Of a stretch of 64,000 nucleotides of DNA, positions 51,348 through 62,249 are shown piece after piece. The stretch is from assembly GCA_964291215.2 (NCBI GenBank), contig OZ219791.1:2720001-2784000 (forward strand), in the 5' to 3' direction. This stretch comes from Alphaproteobacteria bacterium (lineage in GTDB: Bacteria > Pseudomonadota > Alphaproteobacteria > MPNO01 > UBA830). A program made the position numbers and the translations under genes. The notes beneath the pieces are model-generated. The model saw only the letters and a list, made by a program, of their open reading frames with translations, did no database searches and was not told where the DNA came from. How positions within the stretch are numbered: position 1 is the first letter of the stretch; each line of letters starts with the position of its first letter.

Positions 51348-52802
51348 GTAACTGCTCACCCCTTGGTTCCGGCTTGATGTCGGGGTAGAGTAACGAACGG
51401 GTTTTCGTGGAGATTTGACACCCGATTCGTTTAGTGGTGGTCATCGAGAACGACGGGGACCGCCAGTGGGCTACTTTGGATCGAAGGCGACGAGCGGGCT
51501 GTGCCAGCTGCTTCCGGGGCTCCAGCCCCCGCATGATCTGTATGTGGAAACGCATCTCGGAAGCGGCGCGCTGATGAAGCGCAAGGCCGGGTGATGGCGA
51601 CGGGCGGCGCGCGAGGAGTTCGAAGCGGCCAAGATCGCGGCGCTGCCGGCAAGGTGGCGGAAAAGGCCGTCATCCGCGTCCTCGTCATCCTGCTCGACAT
51701 CCTCATCGTCGTCCTTCTGGAGAAGACCACGCACGAGCCGGACTCCGGTCTGCCGCCGTCACAGACGGACAAGAGCGTGCCGGGAGCAACGGCCCGAAGC
51801 CGAACCAGCAGATGGGCGACAACCTGCGCAAGATCATCGTCGAGGAGACGGTCGCGGCCTGCGATACCTGCGGCGCCGGGGACATCGACGGCCCCGTCGA
51901 TCGGGAGCGCCGCACGACATCGTGTTCGAGGTCGCGCCGCGTCGACGCCGAGGAATGCCCGAAGTGCAAGGGCCGGTTCCCCGACAACATCCCGTGCAGT
52001 ACGGCATCCAGGCCCTCGTCATCAACCTGCCGGTCGCCCAGATGCTGTCCCTGCGCCGTCGCGCTCGTGCAGGCGATCTCCGGCATCAAGCTCTCCGAGG
52101 CCTCGGCTATGCTTTCACGATGCGTCATGGGAGGAGGCCGCCGTGGCGCACCTCCTGCAACGCCCGATGTCGATGATTTCGGATCAACAGTAAGTGGCTT
52201 CATGTCGTCGGGACGTGCAAGTTCCCGCACCGCAAGCGCGGGCAAGAGATCGGCCCGTGCTACAAGGGCGTCCTGGGCCTCGTACATGGGCCAGTGTAGC
52301 CACCAGCTGTGCGGCAGCCACCTGCTGCGCGAACTGACCTTTGTCGTCGAGGCTACCGCGCGACTGATGAAGAGCCTGCTCCCTGCCACAAGGTCAACAA
52401 GAGCGCATCCAAGACCCTGAACGACGACGTGCGCAAGCGCTACCGCACCATCAGGGCGCCAGGGAACTGCCCGATATCCCGACGAAAGGAAAACGTGGAC
52501 GCAAGTCCGACGCGCACAACCTGCACGAACGTCTCGTGAAACACGAAAACCTGCGCTTCACAGACGACCCCAACGTCAGCTTCACCAACAATGCCGGAGA
52601 ACAGAAGATCAGGATGGCAAAGGTCAAGGTGTCCGGATGCTTCCGCTCCACGCAAAAGCATGGTGCCAAGCTACCTCACCTCCATGGCCGCACTCGGCTA
52701 CAACCCACTCGTCGCCACCCAGATCGCCCTCGACGGAAAAGCCGCAGACATCATCAACGAGCACTATGGCCAATCAGAACCCAACAAGGGGTGAGTAGAT
52801 AC
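51348..52802 (+). mobile_element. Non-autonomous IS66-type element (copy B)
   Basis: Near-identical to 14333-15781. Flanks TATGATTG/TCAGATTG match at 6 of 8 positions. Confidence 0.9.
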
Positions 52803-53870
52803 TCAGATTGAAGATCAGCGTGATCCTGTCGAGCCAGCTGTCGCACCACTCTTCCAGCCCCTCCTGCCGCAGCCTCGATCACATCGCGCCTGGAGTGCGC
52901 CCGGCAAAAGCAGAGGATCACCTTGCCATCAAGCTCGCGCGCCAGCTTCTTGCAGGCCGCGTAGCGGTCGCAGACAAGGAAGACGATGCCTTCGGTGGAG
53001 CCGAACAGCATCATGGCCACCCGGGCGCTGCGTGACGAGAGGAAGAAGTCGGCGCTGACCGCGTTCCACGGCCAGGCCTTCTGCGAGCGCCCCGAGGCCT
53101 TCTGGATACGCCAGCTGGTCTCGTGGCGCACCGTCTGATGCTCGAGGATGGCCTGAGCGAGAGGCGCGAACATCGGCTTCATTCTCGTCATGCCGCCAGC
53201 GATCGTTCCCGGCGCCATCGGCAGTCCCTGGTCCTCCAGCCATCGCGAGGCAGGGGCCGCAAGCAGGCGTAGCGCTCACAGAGCACATATCCCCGGACAC
53301 TGGTGCCGAAGAGGGTATTCGCAAACAAGCGCAAAGGGGCCGGCGCGATGATCTCCGCAGGCGCCGATGGACACTGACAACCACGGCGCCCACGGACAAT
53401 CCGGCGGGCATGAGCCTTGACATGGACCTCCATGATCAAGGTCTCGTGGCTGCCGTTGGCAACATGGCGCTCGCCGCAACACGGGCACTGCGATGCCGGT
53501 GAATCATGGCGCTTCTCCTCGAGCTTCGCACGCGGGCCGTGGCCGCTCTTGCCAGGTTGCTGACCCTGCTTGTTCCCGGTGCCTTCCTTCTTCTCGCTCT
53601 TCGACCCGAAGCGCGCCTTCGCGTGCCTGGCACGCGTCCCGCGCAGCTTCGCCAGCTCGCACTCCTGTTCAGCGTTCTTGCGCTTCAGAACGTCCCTTTC
53701 CCGCTCCAGCGCCTGCTTCGCCTCCCGGCAAGCCGCCTTCAACTCCGCACGAGCCGCCTCGAGCTGATGACGAGTGCGGTCGAGATGAAACTTCAATGTG
53801 CCCGCACGGGCAGCAATCTCCGCACAGCGCAAATCACGCATACCCGCATCCGCTCCGCCTCATGGAGCGC
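52803..53870 (-). pseudogene. Separate IS66 tnpC remnant, 3'-truncated
   Basis: Coiled coil followed by FGSKSEK, CPCCG, CQCP, and VCDRYAA.K..CFCRAHSRR. Confidence 0.75.
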
Positions 53871-54034
53871 CCGCCAGTCAGGCGCCTCGCATCACAAGGC
53901 GCCTGACATGGGCCGTCGCCACCTCCCGTCAGCGGTTGTGCCGCTCCGCACGTCTCGTCGAAAGACTCCATGGGTGAGAGTTTCGTATGGCACAGTTGCA
54001 GGCTCAGTACCATTTGTTCATCTCACAGTGCCGG

Positions 54035-54270
54035 GGTGTGATTTGGGCTGATGTTGTCGTTGGCTGGTGCGTCGTCTGCACCGATCATGGCCGTCCACGC
54101 GCTCTCGAAGCGGCCGGCTTCGAGCAGGGCGGAAGATGATTGTCCGCCGACGATGCGCCAGCGCATGCCGGAGCGTTTCATGCGCTGTGTGACGAGGGTC
54201 TTGTTTGCCGTCTCGACAATTCCCGAGCCGGTTGCTTCAGCGCGTGGTAGCGCATGCGGTGGCGATGCTT
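54035..54270 (-). pseudogene. ISKra4-like transposase C-terminal fragment
   Basis: The minus strand reads HRMRY..GSGIVETANKTLVTQRMKRSGMRW..GGQ. Confidence 0.65.
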
Positions 54271-54349
54271 GCGGAAGAAAGGACAGTTTCCTGTTGTTGG
54301 CAGATCCTCAGAAAGACCGGAACCAACCAGAATCAGCCATCACCGCGTG

Positions 54350-54490
54350 ACCGAACGCTTACAAACAACCCGCCCGCGCGCCGATAACGCCGCCGGCGAC
54401 GATCGCGGACGGCCCCGAAGCCAGAAAACCCGGCACGCTGTGAAACCTCCGGACAGCAGAAGACAGCAAAATTGAATGCAGCATGAGAAA
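54350..54490 (+). repeat. Terminal segment of the ISAs1-like element, uninterrupted (empty site for IS66 copy A)
   Basis: The reverse complement reads GCTGCATTCAATTTTGCTGTCTTCTGCTG, which joins the 14320 and 15790 flanks with a single CAATTTTG. Confidence 0.8.
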
Positions 54491-54527
54491 CGTCTGGTCT
54501 TGTTAAGGAGGCGCCTTGACGAACCGG

Positions 54528-54650
54528 ATGACATGGTTACAGGAACGAAGGATGGAGAAGTTTGAGGATGTGCCGGACGGCTTTGAGGAGAAGCGTCTTT
54601 CGGCGATGGATACGGGTTCCCGGCGAATCCGGGGGCGATCGCATCAGGTC
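54528..54650 (+). pseudogene. ISNCY-type transposase 5' fragment
   Basis: MTWLQERRMEKFEDV.DGFEEKRLS follows an AAGGAGG. Resemblance judged by eye only. Confidence 0.45.
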
Positions 54651-54879
54651 TCTCCAGCAGCAACTACGTCTGTCGACACTCGAATGTCGCGCGGATCGCC
54701 TCTGCCACCACAGGTCCCCGACACTCGAACATGGTTGCGAGCGCCCGGAGATCGTCAAGGTAATTGTGGTCTCCCCCGAATTTTCGGCGGCAACAATTTC
54801 ATGCGCTACTGCCAACCGCGATCGGCGGCTTTGTGAGCGGGCATTCTCCATTCGGCTTGAGTGCGGGCCTGTTCCCGTT

Positions 54880-56073
54880 TCAGGTTACCCGCGCACGGGC
54901 CTTGTATTTCAGGTCGCACCAGAGTTCTTGCGCGATCACGGTTTCGAGGGTCTCGGCGGCTGCGAGCACGTCCGCCTCGTCGATGTAGAGGGGCGTGAAG
55001 CCGAAGCGCATGATGTCCGGCGCACGGAAGTCCCCGATTACACCCCGGTCGATGAGCGCCTGCATGGCGGAATAGCCGTGCTCGAAGGTGAAGGAAACCT
55101 GCGAGCCGCGTTCGGCCGGGTTGCGTGGCGAGGCAAGCGCGAGGCCGGGACAGCGGGCCTCGACCTCGGCAATAAACAGCTCCGAGAGCGCAATCGAGGC
55201 CCCACGAATGTCCGCCATGTCAACGCCTTCCCATACGTTCAGCGCCTGGTCCAGAATGGCGAGTTGCACGATGGGTGGCGTGCCGACCCGGAGCCGCTCG
55301 GTTGACATGGCGGGACGGTAGTTGATCTCCATGGCGAAGGGCGCATCGTGGCCGAGCCAGCCGGCGAGCGCTGGCTCCACTGCCTCGATGATGTCCGGGC
55401 GGACATAGATGAAGGCCGGGGCGCCGGGCCCGCCGTTCAGGTATTTGTAGGTGCAGCCGGCGGCGAACTCGGCCCGGCACCCGGCCATGTCTATCTGCAC
55501 TGCGCCAGCGCTGTGTGCGAGGTCCCAGATCATCACCGCGCCTGCGGTGTGGGCGGCCCGCGTGACCGCGCCCATGTCGTGCATCCGCCCGGTGCGGTAG
55601 TCGACGTGCGTCAGCATGACCGCCGCCACCTCGTCGGTGATGCTGTTCGGCAGGTTCTCTGGGGCCGGCGTGCGCAACTCGTAGTCCTTGCCGATCGTGC
55701 GGATCAGCCCTTTGGCCATATAGAGGTCGGACGGGAAGTTTCCCGAGTCCGAGAGGATCACCCTGCGTTCGGGGCGCATCTTCAGGGCCGAGGCCAGTGC
55801 CTGATAGACCTTGATCGACAGCGTGTCGCCGGTTGTGATGGAGCCCTCGGGCGCGCCGACCAGCCGGGCGATCCGGTCGCCCACATGCTGCGGCAGCGCC
55901 ATCCAGTCGGCCGTGTTCCATGCCCGGATAAGCTCGCGCCCCCATTCCCTGCCGATCACGGTCTGAGTGCGTTCGAGGGTGCTCTTCGCCAGCGGCCCGA
56001 GTGAGTTGCCGTCCAGATAGATCACGCCTTCGGGGAGGTCGAAAAGTTCTTTCTTGGGAAGCGTCCGGGACAT
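54880..56073 (-). CDS. kynU: Kynureninase
   Basis: YLDGNSLG, WDLAHSAG, the PLP lysine in GCTYKYLNGGPGAP, and RGSQV. Confidence 0.96.
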   Translation of the reverse strand: MSRTLPKKELFDLPEGVIYLDGNSLGPLAKSTLERTQTVIGREWGRELIRAWNTADWMALPQHVGDRIARLVGAPEGSITTGDTLSIKVYQALASALKMRPERRVILSDSGNFPSDLYMAKGLIRTIGKDYELRTPAPENLPNSITDEVAAVMLTHVDYRTGRMHDMGAVTRAAHTAGAVMIWDLAHSAGAVQIDMAGCRAEFAAGCTYKYLNGGPGAPAFIYVRPDIIEAVEPALAGWLGHDAPFAMEINYRPAMSTERLRVGTPPIVQLAILDQALNVWEGVDMADIRGASIALSELFIAEVEARCPGLALASPRNPAERGSQVSFTFEHGYSAMQALIDRGVIGDFRAPDIMRFGFTPLYIDEADVLAAAETLETVIAQELWCDLKYKARARVT

Positions 56074-56076
56074 GGC

Positions 56077-56916
56077 TCAGAGGTCTCCGCGCAGATGCCA
56101 GAGTTCGGGAAACAGTTCGACATCCAGCATGCGGCGCAGATAGGGGACGCCGGAGGTGCCGCCGGTGCCGCGCTTCGAGCCGATTACCCGTTCCACTGTG
56201 GTGACATGGTTAAAACGCCAGCGGCGGAAATAATCCTCCAGATCGACCAGCTTTTCGCCGAGTTCGTAGAGCGTCCAGTATTTGTCGATGTTTTCGTAAA
56301 CGATTTTCCATCTTGCTTGGACTTCCGGCACGGCCTGGCGGGGCGTGTCGAGGTTGGGTGCGGGCAGGGCGGCTGTCGAGCCGTCGACAGTCCTGAACAG
56401 CAGGCGGACGACCTCATCGTAGAAGCTTGGCCGCGCCAGTTCGTCCGAGAGCATCCTGTGGATTTCTGGCGTGTGTTCGTGGGGCTTCAGCATGTTCACA
56501 TTCCGGTTGCCCAGCAGATACTCGATCATCCGGTATTGCCAGGACTGCATGCCCGACGACGGCCCGAGCTCCTCCCGGAACCGCGTATAGTCAGCAGGCG
56601 TCATGGTCCGCAGCACGTCCCACGCGCTGTTAAGCTGCTCGAAAATGCGGCTGATCCGCGCTAGCATCTTGAAGAGTTGCGCTGTACGGCCCTTGCGCAA
56701 CTCTTCCCGCGCGGCAACCAACTCGTGAATGACGAGTTTCATCCAGAGCTCGCTGGTCTGGTGCTGGATGACGAACAGCATCTCGTCATGCGCGTCGCTG
56801 AGGGGCTGCTGCTGCCCGAGCAGGCGATCCAACTTCAGATAGTCGCCATAGGACATCTCGTCGGCGAAGTCCGTCTTCGCGCCGTCAACGCTCGGATCGT
56901 AAGCCTCTCCGCTCAT
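56077..56916 (-). CDS. kynA: Tryptophan 2,3-dioxygenase
   Basis: MSYGDYL.LD.LL, HDEMLFVIQHQTSELW, WRFNH..TVERVIG.KRGTGGTSG and FPELW. Confidence 0.96.
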   Translation of the reverse strand: MSGEAYDPSVDGAKTDFADEMSYGDYLKLDRLLGQQQPLSDAHDEMLFVIQHQTSELWMKLVIHELVAAREELRKGRTAQLFKMLARISRIFEQLNSAWDVLRTMTPADYTRFREELGPSSGMQSWQYRMIEYLLGNRNVNMLKPHEHTPEIHRMLSDELARPSFYDEVVRLLFRTVDGSTAALPAPNLDTPRQAVPEVQARWKIVYENIDKYWTLYELGEKLVDLEDYFRRWRFNHVTTVERVIGSKRGTGGTSGVPYLRRMLDVELFPELWHLRGDL

Positions 56917-56980
56917 CGCTTTTCCCCGTTCTCCGACCCTGGACCTTTATGTCCGATTGTAGTCCGGCCTGGTCACCCTG

Positions 56981-57098
56981 CACGACGGTCCCATGCTAAT
57001 TCGGAGACGCGAAATCCGAATGCGCTGGGGCTCGGATCATCACAGATCGCCTCTTTGATCGCAATTTTCGTGCCGAGAAAGTCCCATCGAGCCTTGGC
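56981..57098 (+). repeat. About 115-bp intergenic direct repeat, copy 1 (copy 2 at 59623-59734)
   Basis: CACGAC..TCCCAT.CTAATTC.GAGACGCGAAAT...CATCACAGATCGCCTC...GTCCCATCGAGCCTTGGC occurs twice with scattered substitutions. Confidence 0.85.
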
Positions 57099-57248
57099 GG
57101 TACGATTGCAGCGCGACGCAAACTGTAAAAATCTCGCCAGTCGTCGCCGGATTAGCAGCGTGGGATCACCGTGGATAACGGGCGCACGCTCAGTACGTCT
57201 TGCTCACGTTGGCGGCATCTTACCCGATCGTGCGCAGGTCCTTCCGCG

Positions 57249-58379
57249 TCAGGTACCCAGGTAAGTTGCCAATGCCTCGCAAATGCGCGCTGCGGCCTTG
57301 CCATCACCGTAGGGGTTGGGCGCAGCAGCGATTCGTGCATATTCCTTCTCATCGTCAAGGAGATATTCGCACGCGTCCACAATCGCGTTGCGCTCGGTTC
57401 CGACACGGACTAGGCAGCCGGCTTCAACACCCTCGTTGCGCTCGGTTCGATCGCGCAATACGAGAACAGGTCGATCAAGCGACGGAGCCTCTTCCTGAAC
57501 ACCACCAGAGTCGCTCAGGATAAGGTGAGCGCGCGCCATCAGGTCAATGAAGGAACGATATGGCTGAGGAGGAATCACGTTGAAATTCGGTCTGGCTGCG
57601 GCACAGACTTCCATGATCGCCTTCTGCACGCCGGGGTTCGGGTGCCCAATCAACACCACGTCTGTTTCAGGGCGTCGAGCAGCAAGGTCGACGATTGCGC
57701 CAAGCATGTCACGAATGGTTTCACCAAGGACCTCGCGGCGATGAAGTGTCACCAATACGTACCGGCGGTCGGCTCTGCGTTCGGGCCAGAGCATTGTCGG
57801 CGCATCCATACCGTCGACCCGATTTCGGGTTACAACTTGCAGCAAGGCATCGATGATGGTGTTCCCTGTTACCGTGACCCGGTTTCTTCCTATGTTTTCG
57901 GCATACAGTGCCTCGGCCGCCTGCTTGGTGGGGGCGAAATGCAGATCCGCCAGGCGGGATACCATCTGGCGATTTGCTTCCTCGGGGAACGGAGAAGCAA
58001 GACTGCCGCTGCGCAGCCCGGCCTCTACATGCCCGATCATCACTCTTCGATAATGGCCTGAAAGGGCGCCCATGAGGCAGCTGGTGGTGTCGCCCTGAAC
58101 CAGCACTGCTTCAGGGTTGACGCGATCGAAGGTCTCCTCAAGTTGCCCCAGCAGCGTTGCGCTTAATATGGACAGTGACTGGTCGGGTCGCATCACGTCG
58201 AGTCGCTCGTCCGGCTTGATGCCGAAGAAGTCCAAAATTGAATCGACCATCTCGGAACCATGCTGACCGGTAAGGCATACCACGGGGTTGAGAACCGGGT
58301 GTGAACGCAGTTCGGAGATGACAGGGGCAAGCTTGATCACTTCGGGCCTAGTCCCGAGGATCACGAGCACGGGTTTCAT
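57249..58379 (-). CDS. wecB: UDP-N-acetylglucosamine 2-epimerase (non-hydrolysing)
   Basis: GTRPEVIK, TGQH, VQGDT, HVEAGLRS, PFPEEANR, DSGGVQEEAP and NPYGDG. Confidence 0.95.
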   Translation of the reverse strand: MKPVLVILGTRPEVIKLAPVISELRSHPVLNPVVCLTGQHGSEMVDSILDFFGIKPDERLDVMRPDQSLSILSATLLGQLEETFDRVNPEAVLVQGDTTSCLMGALSGHYRRVMIGHVEAGLRSGSLASPFPEEANRQMVSRLADLHFAPTKQAAEALYAENIGRNRVTVTGNTIIDALLQVVTRNRVDGMDAPTMLWPERRADRRYVLVTLHRREVLGETIRDMLGAIVDLAARRPETDVVLIGHPNPGVQKAIMEVCAAARPNFNVIPPQPYRSFIDLMARAHLILSDSGGVQEEAPSLDRPVLVLRDRTERNEGVEAGCLVRVGTERNAIVDACEYLLDDEKEYARIAAAPNPYGDGKAAARICEALATYLGT

Positions 58380-59491
58380 CGTGATACCGCTTCTTCCATG
58401 ATCTCACGCGTCCGTTCGGCGATCCGGAGCCAGGAAAATTCCGAGACGGCCTTCTGCCGTGCCGCGTCGCCGAAGGCCTGCCTGCGCTCTGGCGCCTCAA
58501 CCAGTTTGCGGATTGCCGCGCCCAGCGCGTCGGGGGAGTTGGCAGGTGCCAGAAAACCGGTGATTCCATCTGAAATCAGATCCGGGATCCCACCGACATT
58601 GGTGCCAACGAGACTCAGTCCGCAGGCCATGGCCTCAAGGCCGGCGATACTTGTTGCTTCCATGAGCGACGGCAGAACCGCAAGATCGGCGCCGCTGTAT
58701 ATTTCCGGCATGTCGGCGTTGGGTACCGAGCCTAGGAAATGGACCCGTTCGGCGATGTCGAGTTCAGCAAAAATTCTGCCCATGGCGACACGCTCCGAAC
58801 CATCTCCGGCAATTACGATCCTGAAACGTGAATCGGACAGCATTCTGCAGGCTCGCGCAAAATCCGATACTCCGTTCTTCTCCACTAGGCGGCGGGCCAG
58901 CAGGACGACAGTTTCGTCGCTGCTCACATTCCAGGCCCGTCGAGCTCGCTCGCGGGCATCGGCGTGAAGGGAAAACTTTTCAGTATCTACGCCATTGGCA
59001 ACGTAATGGGCAGGACCCGTGTATCCGATCGTGCGAGTAGCGGCCAGGAGCTCGCGACTAGGTGCGATTACTGTGGCCACATGACTGAGTTGCTTGGCGG
59101 TGCGAGCCCTGCGCGTTGCCGAGCCCGCCAGCCGTTTCAGGAAACCCGAGGTGTGATTGGTGAAGACTACGGGGATGTTTCGAATAAATTTCGTTGCCGC
59201 CAAGGGTTTCATGCCATGAACATGGATGACATCGGGTCTTGCCGATGCCACATAGCGGCGTAACCAGATGGCGAGTTGTAGATCGAAGAACGGTTTGCCC
59301 GAAACCCGGAAGTGTTTCCGGTATATGGGAAATCCCAGTGTGTACTCGGCACTATCCTCCTTGCCTTGGCTCGGCGTAAGAACCACGACCTGATCTTGAA
59401 GAATGTCAAGATGACGTGCCAACTCGTAAACGTGAGTAGCGATTCCGCCGATTTGGGGTGGAAATTCGCTGGTAAGAAAGAGGATGTTCAT
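58376..59491 (-). CDS. Glycosyltransferase family 4
   Basis: FPPQIGG, NGVD, RLVEKNG and E-x7-E (EATSIAGLEAMACG). Confidence 0.92.
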   Translation of the reverse strand: MNILFLTSEFPPQIGGIATHVYELARHLDILQDQVVVLTPSQGKEDSAEYTLGFPIYRKHFRVSGKPFFDLQLAIWLRRYVASARPDVIHVHGMKPLAATKFIRNIPVVFTNHTSGFLKRLAGSATRRARTAKQLSHVATVIAPSRELLAATRTIGYTGPAHYVANGVDTEKFSLHADARERARRAWNVSSDETVVLLARRLVEKNGVSDFARACRMLSDSRFRIVIAGDGSERVAMGRIFAELDIAERVHFLGSVPNADMPEIYSGADLAVLPSLMEATSIAGLEAMACGLSLVGTNVGGIPDLISDGITGFLAPANSPDALGAAIRKLVEAPERRQAFGDAARQKAVSEFSWLRIAERTREIMEEAVSR

Positions 59492-59622
59492 ATCCTTGAC
59501 CTGCCCCCGTCGACTGGTCCGGGGTGAATCTTAGCGAATTGAGGATTTCTCCGCTAGGCTGGCCGTTCGGCGGAGCGTAGGGAGCCGGGCGGCCAGCCTA
59601 GCGTGACGATCGTCTCGGGTGC

Positions 59623-59734
59623 CACGACGATCCCATACTAATTCAGAGACGCGAAATGCGTTGGGGCTCGGCTCATCACAGATCGCCTCCTTGATCGTAA
59701 TTTTCGTGCCAAGAAGGTCCCATCGAGCCTTGGC
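59623..59734 (+). repeat. About 112-bp intergenic direct repeat, copy 2
   Basis: Matches 56981-57098. Confidence 0.85.
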
Positions 59735-59869
59735 AGCACGAAAGCGGGATTCTTTGTCTCCTCTATATCACGATTTCGCCAATAGAATCGCGCGGTCGTG
59801 CATTTTTGGGCAGGCACGAATTAGGCAAGCGCTCGTTCGTGCGGTGAGGTGTTGTTGTTTTCGTCCGTT

Positions 59870-61149
59870 TGACGGGCTTTTGTCAGGGAGTTCCAGCGTG
59901 CACCCGGAGCCGGCGCCGCAAGTCCGACAGGTGGCGGCCAGCCACAAGGGAGCCACTCCGGAGCAGGCCGAAAGCCCGGACCACATCGTCGATCATGATC
60001 CTTGCGCCTGCAAGGGCTGCGGCGCGCCGCTGTCGGATGATGATCGTCACGCAGAACCCGTCTGTCGGTAGGTCTTCGACGTGCCGCAGCCCCTCGAGGT
60101 CACCGAACATCGCTGCCTTTGCGCCGCCTGCGCCACCGTGACAACAGGCGCCTTCCCGCACGGCGCCCCGGTACGGGCCGCGCATCACCGCGTGGGTCTG
60201 TCGCACGCCCGGTTCATTCCCGAGCAGCGCGTCGCCGAGGTCATGAGCGACCTCTTCGCGGTCAGGATCTCAAAGGCCACCATCGCCGCCATGAGCCAGC
60301 GCACCGCCCGGCGCTTCAAGGACTTCCTCGATCATGTCGCAGAGATCATCCGCACCCGGGCACCGGTCAAACACCTCGACGAGACCGGCATCCGCATCGC
60401 CGGCCGGACCCGGTGGCTCGATGTGCCGTGCACCCCGCTGCTCACCATCCTGCGCGTCGCCTCCGGGCGCCGCCACATCGACGAGAAGCTCAACGGCATC
60501 GTCATCCATGACGACTACGCCACCTGCTTCGCTCTCGAGGGCGTGCGCCACGGCGCCTGCAACGCCCATCACCTGCACGAACTCCAGGCCCGATCGAGAA
60601 GGAAGACCGGGCCACCGCGATGCACCTGCTCCTCATCCGTGCCAACAGAGCCGCCCGCTTCGCCCGCAAGAACAACCGCGACATGCCTGCTTCACGGGGC
60701 GCCCGAATCTCGCAAGCCCGGGACAGGATTCTCGAGCGTGCCATCGCTTCCCACGAAGACAGGCCGCCGCTCCAGCCCGCAAGGCGCGGACGACAAAGAC
60801 GCCGCATCGGTCACAACCTCGCGCTCCCGCTCCGCAAACACAAGGACGGGTGCCTGCGCTTCCTCACCGACCCCCGTTCTCCGACAACGAGGCGCGACCT
60901 CCGGATGGGCAAGCTGCGGCAGAAGATCTCGGGCGGCTTTCGCTCCATGCAAGGCGCTTCGCCAACCTGCGATCCGTCATCGCCACCGCCCGAAAACAGG
61001 ACTGGAATGTCCTCGAAACCCTGGCCTACCCCGACCCCATCCAGCTGATCCCGAAACCGCGCTTGTGAAATCCCTCCTCGGCGCCACCACACCGGAACCA
61101 TCAATCCACCGCCTGTGAGCGCTCGCCGAAATCAAACCTGGGCAGTTAC
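59870..61149 (+). mobile_element. IS66 tnpC remnant with right end GGGCAGTTAC; left boundary approximate
   Basis: CKGCG, VTEHR, HLDETG, IHDDY, CNAHHLHEL, RDLRMGKLRQKISGGFRS and SVIATARKQ. Confidence 0.8.
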
Positions 61150-62249
61150 AATAGCTCTTCGTAAACAGAGAGAGTGTCTGCACACATATGTGCAAGGGTG
61201 AAGCGGGCAAGCACATGTGCGCGGGCCCTTGCTGCGAAGACGGGACCCAATGCGGCAAGTGAGAGGCGAATACCGTCAGCGAGGCTATCCGCGTCTCCAG
61301 GAGGGACGAGCCACCCGGTCTCACCGTCAAGGATGATTTCTCGCGCGCCGCCGTGATTGCTGGCAACGACGGGCAGCCCCATGGCTCCGGCCTCGGCCAT
61401 AACACGGCCAAACGCTTCCGGTTCGACCGATGCGGAGACCACGACATCGCTCGCAGCATATGTTGCTGTCATGTTGGCGGCGTGGTTTGCAAAGTGCACA
61501 GGCAGGCCATCCGCGAGTTCCCGCAATTCTCGACGATAACCTTCTCGCCCCCCCCCGGCAAAAACCGCCACGACATTCATATCGTCCAGACGCCGTATCG
61601 CCTCGATCATAATTGGATGACCTTTCAAGCGGGTGAGACGTCCCGGCAGGAGTACTACATATGCCCCTGTCGGAATCCCCCAGGCCGAACGCAGCGCCGC
61701 TTTTTCGCTGGGAGAGACAATAGCAGGGTCGAATACGGCCGGATCAACGCCGCGATACACCACTCTTATGCGACCTGCCGGGCAATCGTAAATGTCGCGC
61801 ATATGTGCAGCGATGAAATCAGAGACCGCGATGACCCGATCGCCACGAACCATGATTCGGTTGTAGGCCCGTTTAGCTGCACTGCTGGCATGGTAGGTAC
61901 CGTGGAAGGTGGTGACGAAAGGAACTCTTGCATGTCGAGCTGCTGCTCTTGCGCTCCATGCCGGGGCACGCGAGCGAGCGTGGACAAGGTCTACCTTTTC
62001 TTGTGCGATCAGGGCTTCCAGTTTGGCCACATTGCGCCAGAGAATAAACGGGTTCTTGGTATCGACGGGTAGGCGGATATGGTGGTTGCCAAGTTCTGCT
62101 GCCATCCGTCCGCCTGCAGAGACAACCAGCGACCTTGCTCCAGCCTCGCGCAAGGCCGAGGCAATCTCAAGCGTTCCCCGTTCAACTCCGCCCGTCTCCA
62201 GCGCAGGGAGGACTTGAAGTACGGTCTTGCCCTCTATTTGCCCCTTCAT
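61146..62249 (-). CDS. Glycosyltransferase family 4
   Basis: GGVERGT, HARSRAPAW, RGVD, GRLTRLKG and E-x7-E (EAFGRVMAEA). Confidence 0.92.
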   Translation of the reverse strand: MKGQIEGKTVLQVLPALETGGVERGTLEIASALREAGARSLVVSAGGRMAAELGNHHIRLPVDTKNPFILWRNVAKLEALIAQEKVDLVHARSRAPAWSARAAARHARVPFVTTFHGTYHASSAAKRAYNRIMVRGDRVIAVSDFIAAHMRDIYDCPAGRIRVVYRGVDPAVFDPAIVSPSEKAALRSAWGIPTGAYVVLLPGRLTRLKGHPIMIEAIRRLDDMNVVAVFAGGGREGYRRELRELADGLPVHFANHAANMTATYAASDVVVSASVEPEAFGRVMAEAGAMGLPVVASNHGGAREIILDGETGWLVPPGDADSLADGIRLSLAALGPVFAARARAHVLARFTLAHMCADTLSVYEELL

